Positions 7,844 through 16,032 of a stretch of 22,358 bases of DNA are shown here, one piece after another (positions within the stretch are counted from its first letter, which is position 1; each line of letters begins with the position of its first letter). Source of the stretch: a candidate division WOR-3 bacterium (lineage in GTDB: Bacteria > Hydrothermota > Hydrothermia > JBDRYB01); assembly GCA_049969615.1 (NCBI GenBank), contig JBMFOM010000021.1, positions 1-22,358 of the forward strand. Direction: 5' to 3'. The notes below the pieces were generated by a model, which saw only the letters and a program-made list of their open reading frames with translations, did no database searches and was not told the origin of the DNA. The position numbers and the translations under genes were made by a program.

Positions 7844-8553
7844 GATCCATCCTCCAGGATTCTTTCCCTGACTATGAACCCGTCCTCGTCAGCCAGAAGA
7901 ATGAGGTTCAGGTTCGCTATGGTCTCCTTGCCCGAGCTGAACTCCTCGGACCACGAGGAGACCACCGCCCTTCTCGCCTCTATTACCCTGAAGGCCGGAT
8001 CCGCGGAGGGGTTCCTGCCAAGGGCTGGGAATACCAGGATTAGTCCCACCTCACAGGAATGCCAGGATTCACTGATACTTTCGCCATAGGCATAGGAAAC
8101 AAGGATCTCTTGGCCCGCGTCTTCCTCTGAAAAATACAGGGCCTTTTCCTCTGGTCTGAGGGAGAATTTCCCGGCAGACGGGATGCCCGCGAGACCGAAA
8201 GCGTCGCCGGCGGGGGTTTCAACCACAAGGCTCTCGGGCAATGGCTCTTCCGGCAGAATTATCCTGAACGGTTGTGTGGCCGGAACAACAAAGCTCGCGG
8301 CCCTCCTGAATGCCCTTGCCGCTCCGGGCCCCACAAAGGGGTTTCCCTCCACGAATACCCTGGCAACGCAAGAGATGGTCCCGGTTCCAGGGCCAGCCAC
8401 AACTGCAATGGGAAAATCGTCCCTGTCCGAACCGAGCGGTCTCATGGCATAATCAATGAGGAGGCTCGCCCTCTCAAGATCAGCTATCTTGAAAGGCTCA
8501 TCCCCCATAACGAACATCTCCCCGACGCCCCCGGAATAGTATGTTCTCTTCAT
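7840..8553 (-). CDS. Putative phage major tail (tube) protein
   Basis: AAGGAG RBS + ATG 8553. FPIAVVAGPGTGTISC and PSAGKFSL....LYFSEEDAGQEILVSYAY resemble siphophage tail tube proteins with an inserted beta-domain. Position follows the neck genes. Confidence 0.65.
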   Translation of the reverse strand: MKRTYYSGGVGEMFVMGDEPFKIADLERASLLIDYAMRPLGSDRDDFPIAVVAGPGTGTISCVARVFVEGNPFVGPGAARAFRRAASFVVPATQPFRIILPEEPLPESLVVETPAGDAFGLAGIPSAGKFSLRPEEKALYFSEEDAGQEILVSYAYGESISESWHSCEVGLILVFPALGRNPSADPAFRVIEARRAVVSSWSEEFSSGKETIANLNLILLADEDGFIVRERILEDGS

Positions 8554-8564
8554 TTTCTTCTCCT

Positions 8565-8909
8565 TCAAAAGAAACATCTGAGGGTAAGCCTTACAACTGC
8601 CCTCTCGCCCTCCTGCAGGGATGTAGCCGAACATTCGGCGACGCGCAACCCCAACCCAGAGTAAAGCGCGTGCCTCGCCTCCTCAGCAAGCGCGAGCGCG
8701 TCCGAAAGACAGGACTCCACCGCCAGGACATCCAACCTGAGAAGACCATGCTCGTGGTCAGGAGAACAGAGAAAGACCTTCTCCCAGCGAGCGGCATAAT
8801 AGAGACCCGGTTCGGCGGGTTCGCCCAACCTGGAATCCAAAGGTATCGCTGGGTGGCCCGCTTCCTCAAGGATAACGAGGATGTGCTGAAGGTAATCCGC
8901 GAGATTCAT
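8565..8909 (-). CDS. Putative tail terminator / tail completion protein
   Basis: 114 aa with LRLDVLA....DALALAEEARHAL pattern; canonical position before the tail tube. Confidence 0.55.
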   Translation of the reverse strand: MNLADYLQHILVILEEAGHPAIPLDSRLGEPAEPGLYYAARWEKVFLCSPDHEHGLLRLDVLAVESCLSDALALAEEARHALYSGLGLRVAECSATSLQEGERAVVRLTLRCFF

Positions 8910-9241
8910 TTTATCTCAAACCTCCCCGCGTATTCCTCAAGGACAAGCTCCCAGTGATCCGTGCCGAAACCCGAAAACCGCTTTATATCCTTGACCCGAT
9001 AAACCTTACCCGCGTGTTCAACCCAATACGGTTCCCGGTCAAGCGGAGGGATTATGGCGAGAAAAATATCCCTGGCATCAGTGCCGAATTGATTGGATTC
9101 CGCCGCAGTTGAGATATTTCCCCAGCCGCATTGGACCCGGGTATCCCTTACGAAAACCGCCCTTTCCGCGCCCAAAGAATCCCTGTCTCCGCCGGAGCAA
9201 AGGACATACAGGCTATCCTTCATTAGAAATCCCATTGCCAT
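8906..9241 (-). CDS. Putative head closure / head-tail adaptor protein
   Basis: AGGAGG RBS and TGATG coupling. RDSLGAE and VEHAGKVYRVKDI.......HWEL patterns of SPP1 gp16-like proteins. Confidence 0.6.
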   Translation of the reverse strand: MAMGFLMKDSLYVLCSGGDRDSLGAERAVFVRDTRVQCGWGNISTAAESNQFGTDARDIFLAIIPPLDREPYWVEHAGKVYRVKDIKRFSGFGTDHWELVLEEYAGRFEIK

Positions 9242-9762
9242 CAGAGAAACCTCCTCCTGTGGGTATATTTGATGAGGACCCACCGCACATCCTGCGTAAA
9301 GAGGGGGTTATCATGAAAACTCAGACCTGTCTCGCCAGCGCTAAAGCCAGAGACATCTGGCCTTGGTCCAACGAGTATCCTCGCGGCAACCCGGGCAGTT
9401 GTCCTCATAACATCAGGAGGAACAGGGGATTTCGGGTCATTGTAGTGATATTCAACATCAACGGCCCCGGCAGTCTCAACCCTCATCTCGCCTATACGCT
9501 GATTCAACCACTCCCAGTCCACATCCTCGCCACGGGCGTTTTTCACGGATACAACGCTGTGCACGGGCCAGTGGTAGAGCAGAATTGAGCGGTTCAGGGG
9601 GAAGTGTCGTTCCCTGGCGGTCTCGGCCCTGAAGTGTCTCCCCGTGAACGAATCAACCAGGTCAGAGGCCTGGGATATGGCAAGGGTGATCTCTTCATCA
9701 GGCCTAGTGGGTTCACCCAGGAGGGCGAGCTCGGCCTTTACATCATTCACATTGCAATACAT
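9241..9762 (-). CDS. Phage head-tail connector (HK97 gp6 / SPP1 gp15-like)
   Basis: MYCNVNDVKAEL, AISQASDLVDSFTGRHF, PVHSVVSV and VPPDV motifs; GGAG RBS. Confidence 0.8.
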   Translation of the reverse strand: MYCNVNDVKAELALLGEPTRPDEEITLAISQASDLVDSFTGRHFRAETARERHFPLNRSILLYHWPVHSVVSVKNARGEDVDWEWLNQRIGEMRVETAGAVDVEYHYNDPKSPVPPDVMRTTARVAARILVGPRPDVSGFSAGETGLSFHDNPLFTQDVRWVLIKYTHRRRFL

Positions 9763-9772
9763 CTCGCACTCC

Positions 9773-9796
9773 AGAAAGGGGGCCTTTCGGCCCCCT
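9773..9796 (-). terminator. GC hairpin after the capsid gene (partial terminator or mRNA stabiliser)
   Basis: Minus strand AGGGGGCC-GAAA-GGCCCCCT then TTCT, just after the capsid stop. Confidence 0.7.
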
Positions 9797-9803
9797 CGGT
9801 TTC

Positions 9804-10829
9804 TCACTGGCCGAGGTTTTCGGCCTTGACGAATGGCGTTATTCCCCCGTCCGTATCCCAGGCCAGCTTGCCGTCTGTTCGCTCGGTCACCGTTATCAGG
9901 ACCTCGTCCTTGAGGGCAAGGTCCTCGTCCTCTGTTATGACCCTTATCTCCATGCTCCTGCGGTCAAAGATGTGATAGAAGCTCATGTCACCTAGATAAA
10001 TGTCCCCATCTGCCAGGACAGTCGCCTCGCGCACAGGCCTGCCGTATATGGTCCACGGGAAGGCCTCCGAGAGGCTTGGGGTGAGCAATGGGCGTCCGGC
10101 TGTATCTGCAAGGCCGAGCAGGAGGGCCTTTGTAGCGCTATTGGTATACCAGGTGGCGCGCTCCCGAAACTCAACCGGCAGTTTGAGGTATATCTCGTTG
10201 AGAACCTCAAGGATTTCCCGGCCGGTTGCGTCAATCACCCAGCTGGAGGGTATCGCGGGGTCTATGCCTGATGGCTTTCCAGACCCATCGCCCAGCCAGA
10301 AGGCGGTTTCCTCGGTATGCCTTATAGCCCTTCCCAGGGAATCTGTTATCTCCGCGCCAATATCCGCCGAGTTGTCCTCAAGGGCCTCAAGGGTCACCCT
10401 GGTGAATGCCTTGAGCTTGTTCGCGTTCCATGCAAGATAAGTGAAAGCGGGTTGGGACTCGTCCGGTGGTTCCGTACCCTCTGAGACCCAGTATGCGGTC
10501 AGCGATGGCCTGGCAACCGGAATCCTGCCGGTTGATTCAGAGACCCTGTGAACTGTCGCACCTGGCCTTACAGAAGCCCCGCGCTCGGCGGCCTTTATGA
10601 CCTCATCAGAAACCCCAGCCGGAAGGAAGGGGGTATCCCCTGATGTGAGGGTCTTCAACATGGCCTCGTTCCTGAAGGCCATTGCCTTTACTATATCAAC
10701 GAGGCGCTTTTTGGGGTCACCAGGCTCTCCAGCCGGTCCATAGGCCTTTCTGAGCCTATCGTCCATTGCCTCCCTAACAGCGTTTCTCAGGAGCACCGAG
10801 AGCTCCTTTCTCGTCAGTTCCATGTTCAT
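9804..10829 (-). CDS. HK97-fold phage major capsid protein
   Basis: FLPAGVSDEVI, AYWVSEG, KLKAFTRVTLEALEDN, AFWLGDGSGKPSGI, LADTAGRPLL, TIYGRPV, GDMSFY and ERTDGK are hallmark HK97-family motifs. Confidence 0.95.
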   Translation of the reverse strand: MNMELTRKELSVLLRNAVREAMDDRLRKAYGPAGEPGDPKKRLVDIVKAMAFRNEAMLKTLTSGDTPFLPAGVSDEVIKAAERGASVRPGATVHRVSESTGRIPVARPSLTAYWVSEGTEPPDESQPAFTYLAWNANKLKAFTRVTLEALEDNSADIGAEITDSLGRAIRHTEETAFWLGDGSGKPSGIDPAIPSSWVIDATGREILEVLNEIYLKLPVEFRERATWYTNSATKALLLGLADTAGRPLLTPSLSEAFPWTIYGRPVREATVLADGDIYLGDMSFYHIFDRRSMEIRVITEDEDLALKDEVLITVTERTDGKLAWDTDGGITPFVKAENLGQ

Positions 10830-11368
10830 TCCTCCCTTATGCTTATGTTCTCCTCGGAATCGTCTGTTCCAAAGAGAAGATTTATCCTCTCAATCTCCTT
10901 TTCCACCCTGCCCATGCCATCCCTATACAGGGTGTTAAGGGCCTCAGGGTTTGCTGGGACAGAAACAGCTGAATACTCAAGGAGTTCCTGTCTCCTGTAT
11001 CTCCGGCCTCCCGAGGGAAGCGGTTCCCAATCCAGGGCAATGAAAGACACGCTCCACGCGGAGAGAACGCCCTCCCTGTATAACTGCCATATCTCGTCAG
11101 CCAAAGGGGTTCTGGCGAAACGGGTTTTCGCCACAATGGCATCCCCTTCCCGCCTGATCTCAAGGCAACGCCCTACCGGCGCGTCGTATCTGTGCATCCA
11201 GAGGACAACTGGATTCTTGAGGAAGTTTTCCATCTCCCAGCCTGAGACCTCAACTATGTCCCCATCCCTGTCCTGAGCGGGCGTTGATATTACCGCGTCC
11301 ACGACCCTCTCGGCCTCGTGAACCCCGCGGGTGAAACCGGTTTTCACTATCAGCATCTCTTCCTCCAT
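10826..11368 (-). CDS. HK97-family prohead (maturation) protease; likely start ATG 11356
   Basis: ISTPAQDRDGDIV, FLKNPVVLWMH (His), AWSVSF (Ser) and ELLEYSAVSVPANPEA. Confidence 0.95.
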   Translation of the reverse strand: MEEEMLIVKTGFTRGVHEAERVVDAVISTPAQDRDGDIVEVSGWEMENFLKNPVVLWMHRYDAPVGRCLEIRREGDAIVAKTRFARTPLADEIWQLYREGVLSAWSVSFIALDWEPLPSGGRRYRRQELLEYSAVSVPANPEALNTLYRDGMGRVEKEIERINLLFGTDDSEENISIREE

Positions 11369-11389
11369 TTACGCATTCACGCATTCACG
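11366..11389 (-). repeat. 3 x 8-bp tandem repeat in the capsid operon leader
   Basis: Minus strand CGTGAATG CGTGAATG CGTAAATG. Confidence 0.7.
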
Positions 11390-11424
11390 GGTAATAGTGC
11401 GCGAATGTCTCACCACAGGCCTTG
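11386..11424 (-). promoter_or_regulatory. Putative late promoter of the head-tail operon
   Basis: Minus strand CAAGGC-ctgtgg-TGAGACA-ttcgc-GCACTATTA-cccgtg, matching 834-874. Confidence 0.5.
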
Positions 11425-11503
11425 TCCCCAAAAACGCGAACCGAAGAGGCGGGCCGCAAAATCTGGGTTGAATCCCAGTGCCTCTGTGGGTTAAAATTTC
11501 TTC

Positions 11504-11851
11504 GTGAATGAGGAGCAGATTCCGGGCGCGCGCAAAAAGCTCCTGGTAATCGCACCCCCTGAATACCTTCCCGGCTTTCAGATTGCAGGCGCGGAAACAA
11601 TGCCATCTGACCCGGAGGGGATTGAGGGTCATCTATCCGAGGCCTTGTCGGCCGGAGAGTGGGGCCTGGTCATAGTTGAGGAATCCCTCTCGGCAGGCCT
11701 CTCGCCCAGGCTTTCCGCAGAGGCCTTTGAGTCGGTTTCACCCATAGTGGTCTTCATTCCCCTGAGGAAGGCCTCTGCTGGTTCGGCCGAGGAATACATC
11801 TCCTCGGTGATAAAGGGTGCGCTGGGTTATTCAATAAAGGTCCGTGAATGA
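11504..11851 (+). CDS. atpF: V/A-type ATP synthase subunit F
   Basis: LLVIAPPEYLPGFQIAGA, GLVIVEE, PIVVFIP and IKGALGYSI. TAAAAT lies 6 nt before the GTG (leaderless-like). Confidence 0.85.
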   Translation: MNEEQIPGARKKLLVIAPPEYLPGFQIAGAETMPSDPEGIEGHLSEALSAGEWGLVIVEESLSAGLSPRLSAEAFESVSPIVVFIPLRKASAGSAEEYISSVIKGALGYSIKVRE

Positions 11852-13148
11852 ATTGGTCTTTCTCGCCACCGAAATAATCGCCAAAAAACGGGATGGGCTT
11901 CCCCTCAGCCGGGAGGAGATAGCGTGGTTTGTTTCTGGGTTCACAAGCGGCGAAATCCCGGATTACCAGGCCGCGGCCCTTCTCATGGCCGCGTTCATCA
12001 GGGGGATGACACCAGAGGAAACCATTCACCTGACAGAGGCTATGACCAGCTCCGGCAGGGTCCTGAGATGGCCGGACGGGATTTACATGGACAAGCACTC
12101 AACCGGCGGTGTCGGAGACAAGGTAAGCCTCATCCTCGCGCCCCTCGTTGCTTCCTGCGGGATCCGCGTTCCCATGCTTTCCGGGCGCTCCCTTGGCCAC
12201 ACCGGCGGAACCCTTGACAAGCTTGAGTCCATACCCGGGTACAACACGAGGCTTTCGGTTGAGGGGTTCAGGAACATAGTCCTATCGGTTGGGTGTTCAA
12301 TCATTGGCCAGACCGAGGACATTGCCCCAGCAGATAAGAGGCTGTATGCGCTACGGGACGCTACGGGAACCGTAGAGAGCATTCCCCTCATTACCGCGTC
12401 AATAGCCTCAAAGAAGCTCGCTGAGGGGATAGACGGTCTGGTGCTTGATGTGAAATGCGGCAGTGGGGCTTTCATGAAGACCATCGGTGATGCCGCGGCC
12501 CTGGCCAGCTCAATAGGCAATGTCTTGGTCGCAAAGGGCAAGGCTTTCAAGGCGCTGATAACCAACATGGATCAGCCCCTCGGCCAGGCCATCGGCAACG
12601 CGCTGGAGGTCTCTGAGGCCCTGGATGTCCTCTCTGGCAAGGGTCCCCATGATGTCCGGGAGCTATCGGTTGAGCTATCCGCGCGCATGCTTGAGATGGC
12701 CGGAGTCGCAGGGCTTGACGATGCGAGAAAGGTATTGAATTCTAAGCTTGACGATGGCTCGGCTCGCGAGAAATTCAGGGAAATGGTTGAGGCTCATGGC
12801 GGAGATTTCGCGGCCATAACACGCGAGGAATTCACCGAGACAGCGATAGAATACGACCTGAAGGCCCCATCATCCGGGTTCGTATCCAAACTTGACGCTT
12901 ACGGGCTTGGGGTCGCCGCGACCCTCCTGGGCGCGGGCAGGCTCAGAGCAGAGGACGAGGTCAATCACAAGGTTGGCATCCTGGTTCGCAGAAAACCTGG
13001 GGATGAGATCAGGGCAGGGGATGTAATTCTCACGGTAAAGGCAACTGATCCCGCGAGGCTTGAGATGGCACTCCAGAGGCTTGAGCGCGCTGTTGAGGTT
13101 TCACCGGAGAGGACAGGGAGAGGGCCGCTCATCATCGGGGCAATCTGA
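11844..13148 (+). CDS. pdp: Pyrimidine-nucleoside / thymidine phosphorylase
   Basis: IIAKKRDG, DKHSTGGVGDKVS, SGRSLGHTGGTLDKLESIPG, LRDATGTVESIPLITASIASKK and DVKCGSGAFMK. Confidence 0.97.
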   Translation: MNELVFLATEIIAKKRDGLPLSREEIAWFVSGFTSGEIPDYQAAALLMAAFIRGMTPEETIHLTEAMTSSGRVLRWPDGIYMDKHSTGGVGDKVSLILAPLVASCGIRVPMLSGRSLGHTGGTLDKLESIPGYNTRLSVEGFRNIVLSVGCSIIGQTEDIAPADKRLYALRDATGTVESIPLITASIASKKLAEGIDGLVLDVKCGSGAFMKTIGDAAALASSIGNVLVAKGKAFKALITNMDQPLGQAIGNALEVSEALDVLSGKGPHDVRELSVELSARMLEMAGVAGLDDARKVLNSKLDDGSAREKFREMVEAHGGDFAAITREEFTETAIEYDLKAPSSGFVSKLDAYGLGVAATLLGAGRLRAEDEVNHKVGILVRRKPGDEIRAGDVILTVKATDPARLEMALQRLERAVEVSPERTGRGPLIIGAI

Positions 13149-13158
13149 GCCTTACCCC

Positions 13159-13189
13159 TGATCCTGCGTAGAAAGTTGGGTTATAATTT
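13159..13189 (+). promoter_or_regulatory. Promoter-like repeat with palindromic spacer, copy A
   Basis: TGATCCTGCGTAGAAAGTTGGGTTATAATTT; related copies at 14146-14174 (-) and 19010-19039 (-). Confidence 0.65.
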
Positions 13190-13202
13190 CGGCGCGGAGG
13201 TG

Positions 13203-14126
13203 ATGATGATACTCCTTCTATTAAGCCAGTTCATCATTGAGGACAGTCTCCATATATCCGGAGGCTACATAAATGGGGCCGCATGGGACGGAAGTTATCT
13301 CTGGGTCACCAACAACGACGAGGCTCCTGGAACGAAGATACACAAGATAAACCCTACGACCGGGAACATGTATGTTATCCTGACCTACAACTACAGCTAC
13401 ACAGGCGGAGGCTATACCGGAATGACCTATGCCAACGGGTTCCTCTGGCCTGTCTATTGGCCGGATGATGCCATCTGGAAGATCGATCCTGCCGACGGTT
13501 CCCACGACAACACATATGCCGCGCCTTCAACCCCTTATCCCTATGGCATGGCCTGGGACGGGAGGTGGTTCTGGTACACTGACCAGAACGAGAATCGGCT
13601 CTACAGGATTGATCCCTCCAACATGATCTCCAACGGAAACTGGCCACTGAGTTTCTCCCCAAAGGACTGCGAGTTTGACGGCCAGTATCTTTACATAATG
13701 AGCGGAACAAACACCCTCTACGGTATAGACACAGGAACCAAGGCGGTTGTCTCCTCTCAGCCCTTCCCGAGAAGCTACTGCGCCGGGCTCGCTTTTGGCG
13801 GCGGATACATGTGGGTGGGCACCAACGCCGCAACCGGAAAGATATACAAGGTAAGGTGGGCCCCTGTATGGGTGGCTGAAGAGCCCTCGGCTCAGAAGGA
13901 TGAGGTCTCCCTTTATCCGAATCCAGCCAGGCAGAGCGCGACCCTGCGTGTTCCCTCAGGGGCCGGCGTGACGGTGTATGACGCGACGGGAAGGGAGGTT
14001 CTGAGAAGGGATTGGGCAACCGAGCTCGCCATCAGGTCAGTCCAAATAGGTGGGCCAGGGGTCTATTTCGTGGTGGTCAACGAAAAGGGCGCGGCCAGGA
14101 GATTGACCCTGGAGATGGTGAAGTAA
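13203..14126 (+). CDS. Secreted beta-propeller protein (glutaminyl-cyclase/Vgb-like repeats) with T9SS-like C-terminal sorting domain
   Basis: GGAGG RBS. Repeats G.AWDG..LW....IHKINP.TG; C-terminal VAEE..YPNP..VYDATGR..GVYFV. Confidence 0.8.
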   Translation: MMILLLLSQFIIEDSLHISGGYINGAAWDGSYLWVTNNDEAPGTKIHKINPTTGNMYVILTYNYSYTGGGYTGMTYANGFLWPVYWPDDAIWKIDPADGSHDNTYAAPSTPYPYGMAWDGRWFWYTDQNENRLYRIDPSNMISNGNWPLSFSPKDCEFDGQYLYIMSGTNTLYGIDTGTKAVVSSQPFPRSYCAGLAFGGGYMWVGTNAATGKIYKVRWAPVWVAEEPSAQKDEVSLYPNPARQSATLRVPSGAGVTVYDATGREVLRRDWATELAIRSVQIGGPGVYFVVVNEKGAARRLTLEMVK

Positions 14127-14145
14127 GGATACGGTCCGGCTGTCC

Positions 14146-14174
14146 AGTTGTAACCCACTTCCTGCGTAGGATCA
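14146..14174 (-). promoter_or_regulatory. Promoter-like repeat, copy B (antisense to the 13203-14126 gene)
   Basis: Minus strand TGATCCTACGCAGGAAGTGGGTTACAACT. Confidence 0.5.
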
Positions 14175-14249
14175 AATTTTTGTAGTTGGGGGACCGGACA
14201 GATCTGATGCAATGGTTCTAACTCAACTCTGACGCCTCATTTTTCGTAA

Positions 14250-14272
14250 CTAGCCGCAGGCTAAAGCTTGCG
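14250..14272. repeat. REP/IS200-IS605-like hairpin between convergent genes
   Basis: CTAGC-CGCAGGC-TAAA-GCTTGCG imperfect palindrome. Confidence 0.35.
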
Positions 14273-14317
14273 CTGGGAAAACTTAGAATGGGTCGGGGGA
14301 GTTTATTATGGGTCTCG

Positions 14318-14761
14318 TTAGTTTTTTATTTCAATTATCACCGTCACTGGCCCGTCATTCACCAGCTCAACCTCCATGTGCGCGCCAAAGAGGCCCCTGG
14401 CGGTTTTCACGCCAAGGCCTGCAACGGCCTTTGCGAGGAGATCAAAAAGCTCGCTTGCGCCCTCCGGCTCCATGACGTTGTCAAACGATGGCCTATGGCC
14501 CTTGTGGGTTGAACCGGCAACGGTAAAGTTCGGCACAAGGAGAATCTCCCTGCCCGTATCAAGCGCGGAGAGGTTCATCTTGCCGCCGGAGTCCTCAAAG
14601 ACCCTGAGGCGAACCAGCTTTTCGGCTGTCCTTTTGGCAACGGCCTCGTCATCCCCTTTTTCAAAGGCGACGAGGGCGAGGAGGCCCTCGTTTATCTTTC
14701 CGACCGTGTTCCCGTTAACGCTTACTTTGGCACGAGAAACCCTCTGAATAACTGCTTTCAT
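14318..14761 (-). CDS. dtd: D-aminoacyl-tRNA deacylase
   Basis: MKAVIQRVSRA, LRVFEDSGGKMNLS, PNFT, GHRPSF and FGAHMEVELVNDGPVT. True start ATG 14761 overlaps the MTase stop. Confidence 0.95.
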   Translation of the reverse strand: MKAVIQRVSRAKVSVNGNTVGKINEGLLALVAFEKGDDEAVAKRTAEKLVRLRVFEDSGGKMNLSALDTGREILLVPNFTVAGSTHKGHRPSFDNVMEPEGASELFDLLAKAVAGLGVKTARGLFGAHMEVELVNDGPVTVIIEIKN

Positions 14762-16029
14762 GTTCTCAGGCTTAATATGCTCTCCCGCAGGGCAACGCGG
14801 TGCCTCTGTGGGTTGTTCTTCCACTTTTCGCCCCTGGCTCTCAGGACCTCTATGCGGTAATCCCTGAAACCAAGGCCTACCGACAGCTTCCCGATAATCT
14901 CGTCCGTTGGTATGTGAACCCCGTAGGGCGCGGAGTCCCCCACGACAAGGACGAAATCCCGGCCGGGCATCAGGCATCTCCTGACCTCCTTCAGGACCCT
15001 CACCATGTCGTTGAAATAGCCCGCTACTATGAGATCATAGCTCTTCCTGCCGGCCTTCTGATGCCGAAGATTCCCCAGCCTCGCTATGGCTTCCGAGAGG
15101 TATTCGCATATCTCAGGGGATGCCTCGCGCACCTCGTCCGAAAGGGGTTGCTCGGGGTCAAAATCGGTTCGCCTCACCTGGGTCGTCGCCGCAATCATCA
15201 GCCTGTTCCGGACGCGGTCGGTTATCTCGCCCCATGTCCTGGCCCAGCCCATGAAATACATTTCAAGCCGCGTCCTGTCAGCATAATCATAGTTGTTCAG
15301 GTATGGAGGGGAGGTTATGGCGAGACAGACGCTACCGGATTCAACCCCGACCATGTCCCTGGCGTCTCCCCGGATGATCCTTGGCCTCGCGCGGGCGTGT
15401 TCCGGGTAATTTGACCTGACCAGCTCCAAATCGGCTATCATGCCGGAGAGGGTCTTTCTGAACTCTGCCAAAGCATCGCGTTCCACGGTCTTGCCATGGT
15501 ATCTCGTGGGAGCGATGTATGGCCAACCCGTCCCCGCGGAGGATGCGGTTCTCAGGGTGTCCACGAGCGCGAGCCTGAGGAAATCCTTTATTTCATTTTC
15601 ACAACCCATGGCCTCAATGGCCTCCCTTATGGAAACGAGCTTTCTGAGATTGTCCGCGGAATAACACTTCCTGACCAGGGCCGGCAGGCCATCCGGAGAG
15701 GGTTTGAGATTCACGGCGCCGAGCCTTGCCAGGAGTTCATCTCCCCTGGCCTTCAATTCCTCAGGATCAATATCCCAGCTAGTCTTTATCCTCGCTACCC
15801 ACGCGACCAAGGGGTGCATCTCAACCCCGACCGACGGAATCCCGGCCTTCATGGCCTCAATGCAGGTTGTTCCAGAACCAACGAACGGGTCCAGAACGAG
15901 GTCACGCCTGCCGAGGCTGTATTCCCTGATCTTTTCCTGGATGAACCTGTAGGAGTATCCCGCGGGATATTTGAACCAACGGTGCACGGGCGCGCGGGCG
16001 CAATCCTTGAATGTCCCGTAGTGCCTCAT
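14758..16029 (-). CDS. Solitary amino-DNA methyltransferase (likely N4-cytosine)
   Basis: HRWFKYPAGYS, motif I VLDPFVGSGTT, and motif IV ITSPPYLNNYDY (FxGxG before SPPY). Confidence 0.88.
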   Translation of the reverse strand: MRHYGTFKDCARAPVHRWFKYPAGYSYRFIQEKIREYSLGRRDLVLDPFVGSGTTCIEAMKAGIPSVGVEMHPLVAWVARIKTSWDIDPEELKARGDELLARLGAVNLKPSPDGLPALVRKCYSADNLRKLVSIREAIEAMGCENEIKDFLRLALVDTLRTASSAGTGWPYIAPTRYHGKTVERDALAEFRKTLSGMIADLELVRSNYPEHARARPRIIRGDARDMVGVESGSVCLAITSPPYLNNYDYADRTRLEMYFMGWARTWGEITDRVRNRLMIAATTQVRRTDFDPEQPLSDEVREASPEICEYLSEAIARLGNLRHQKAGRKSYDLIVAGYFNDMVRVLKEVRRCLMPGRDFVLVVGDSAPYGVHIPTDEIIGKLSVGLGFRDYRIEVLRARGEKWKNNPQRHRVALRESILSLRT

Positions 16030-16032
16030 CTC

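Noticed and set aside
9804-11368. Encapsulin nanocompartment reading of the HK97-fold gene
   Set aside because: It is paired with a prohead protease and followed by neck and tail genes, with no cargo enzyme.
81-11368. One contiguous intact prophage
   Set aside because: No integrase, replication, large terminase, portal, tape-measure or lysis genes are visible, and the interval contains host-like glycan genes.
14762-14977. N-terminal extension of dtd in the ORF track (likewise for the 9241, 8906, 7840 and 19744 ORFs)
   Set aside because: The extensions overlap upstream genes or promoters; family N-termini and RBS or coupling point to the downstream ATGs.
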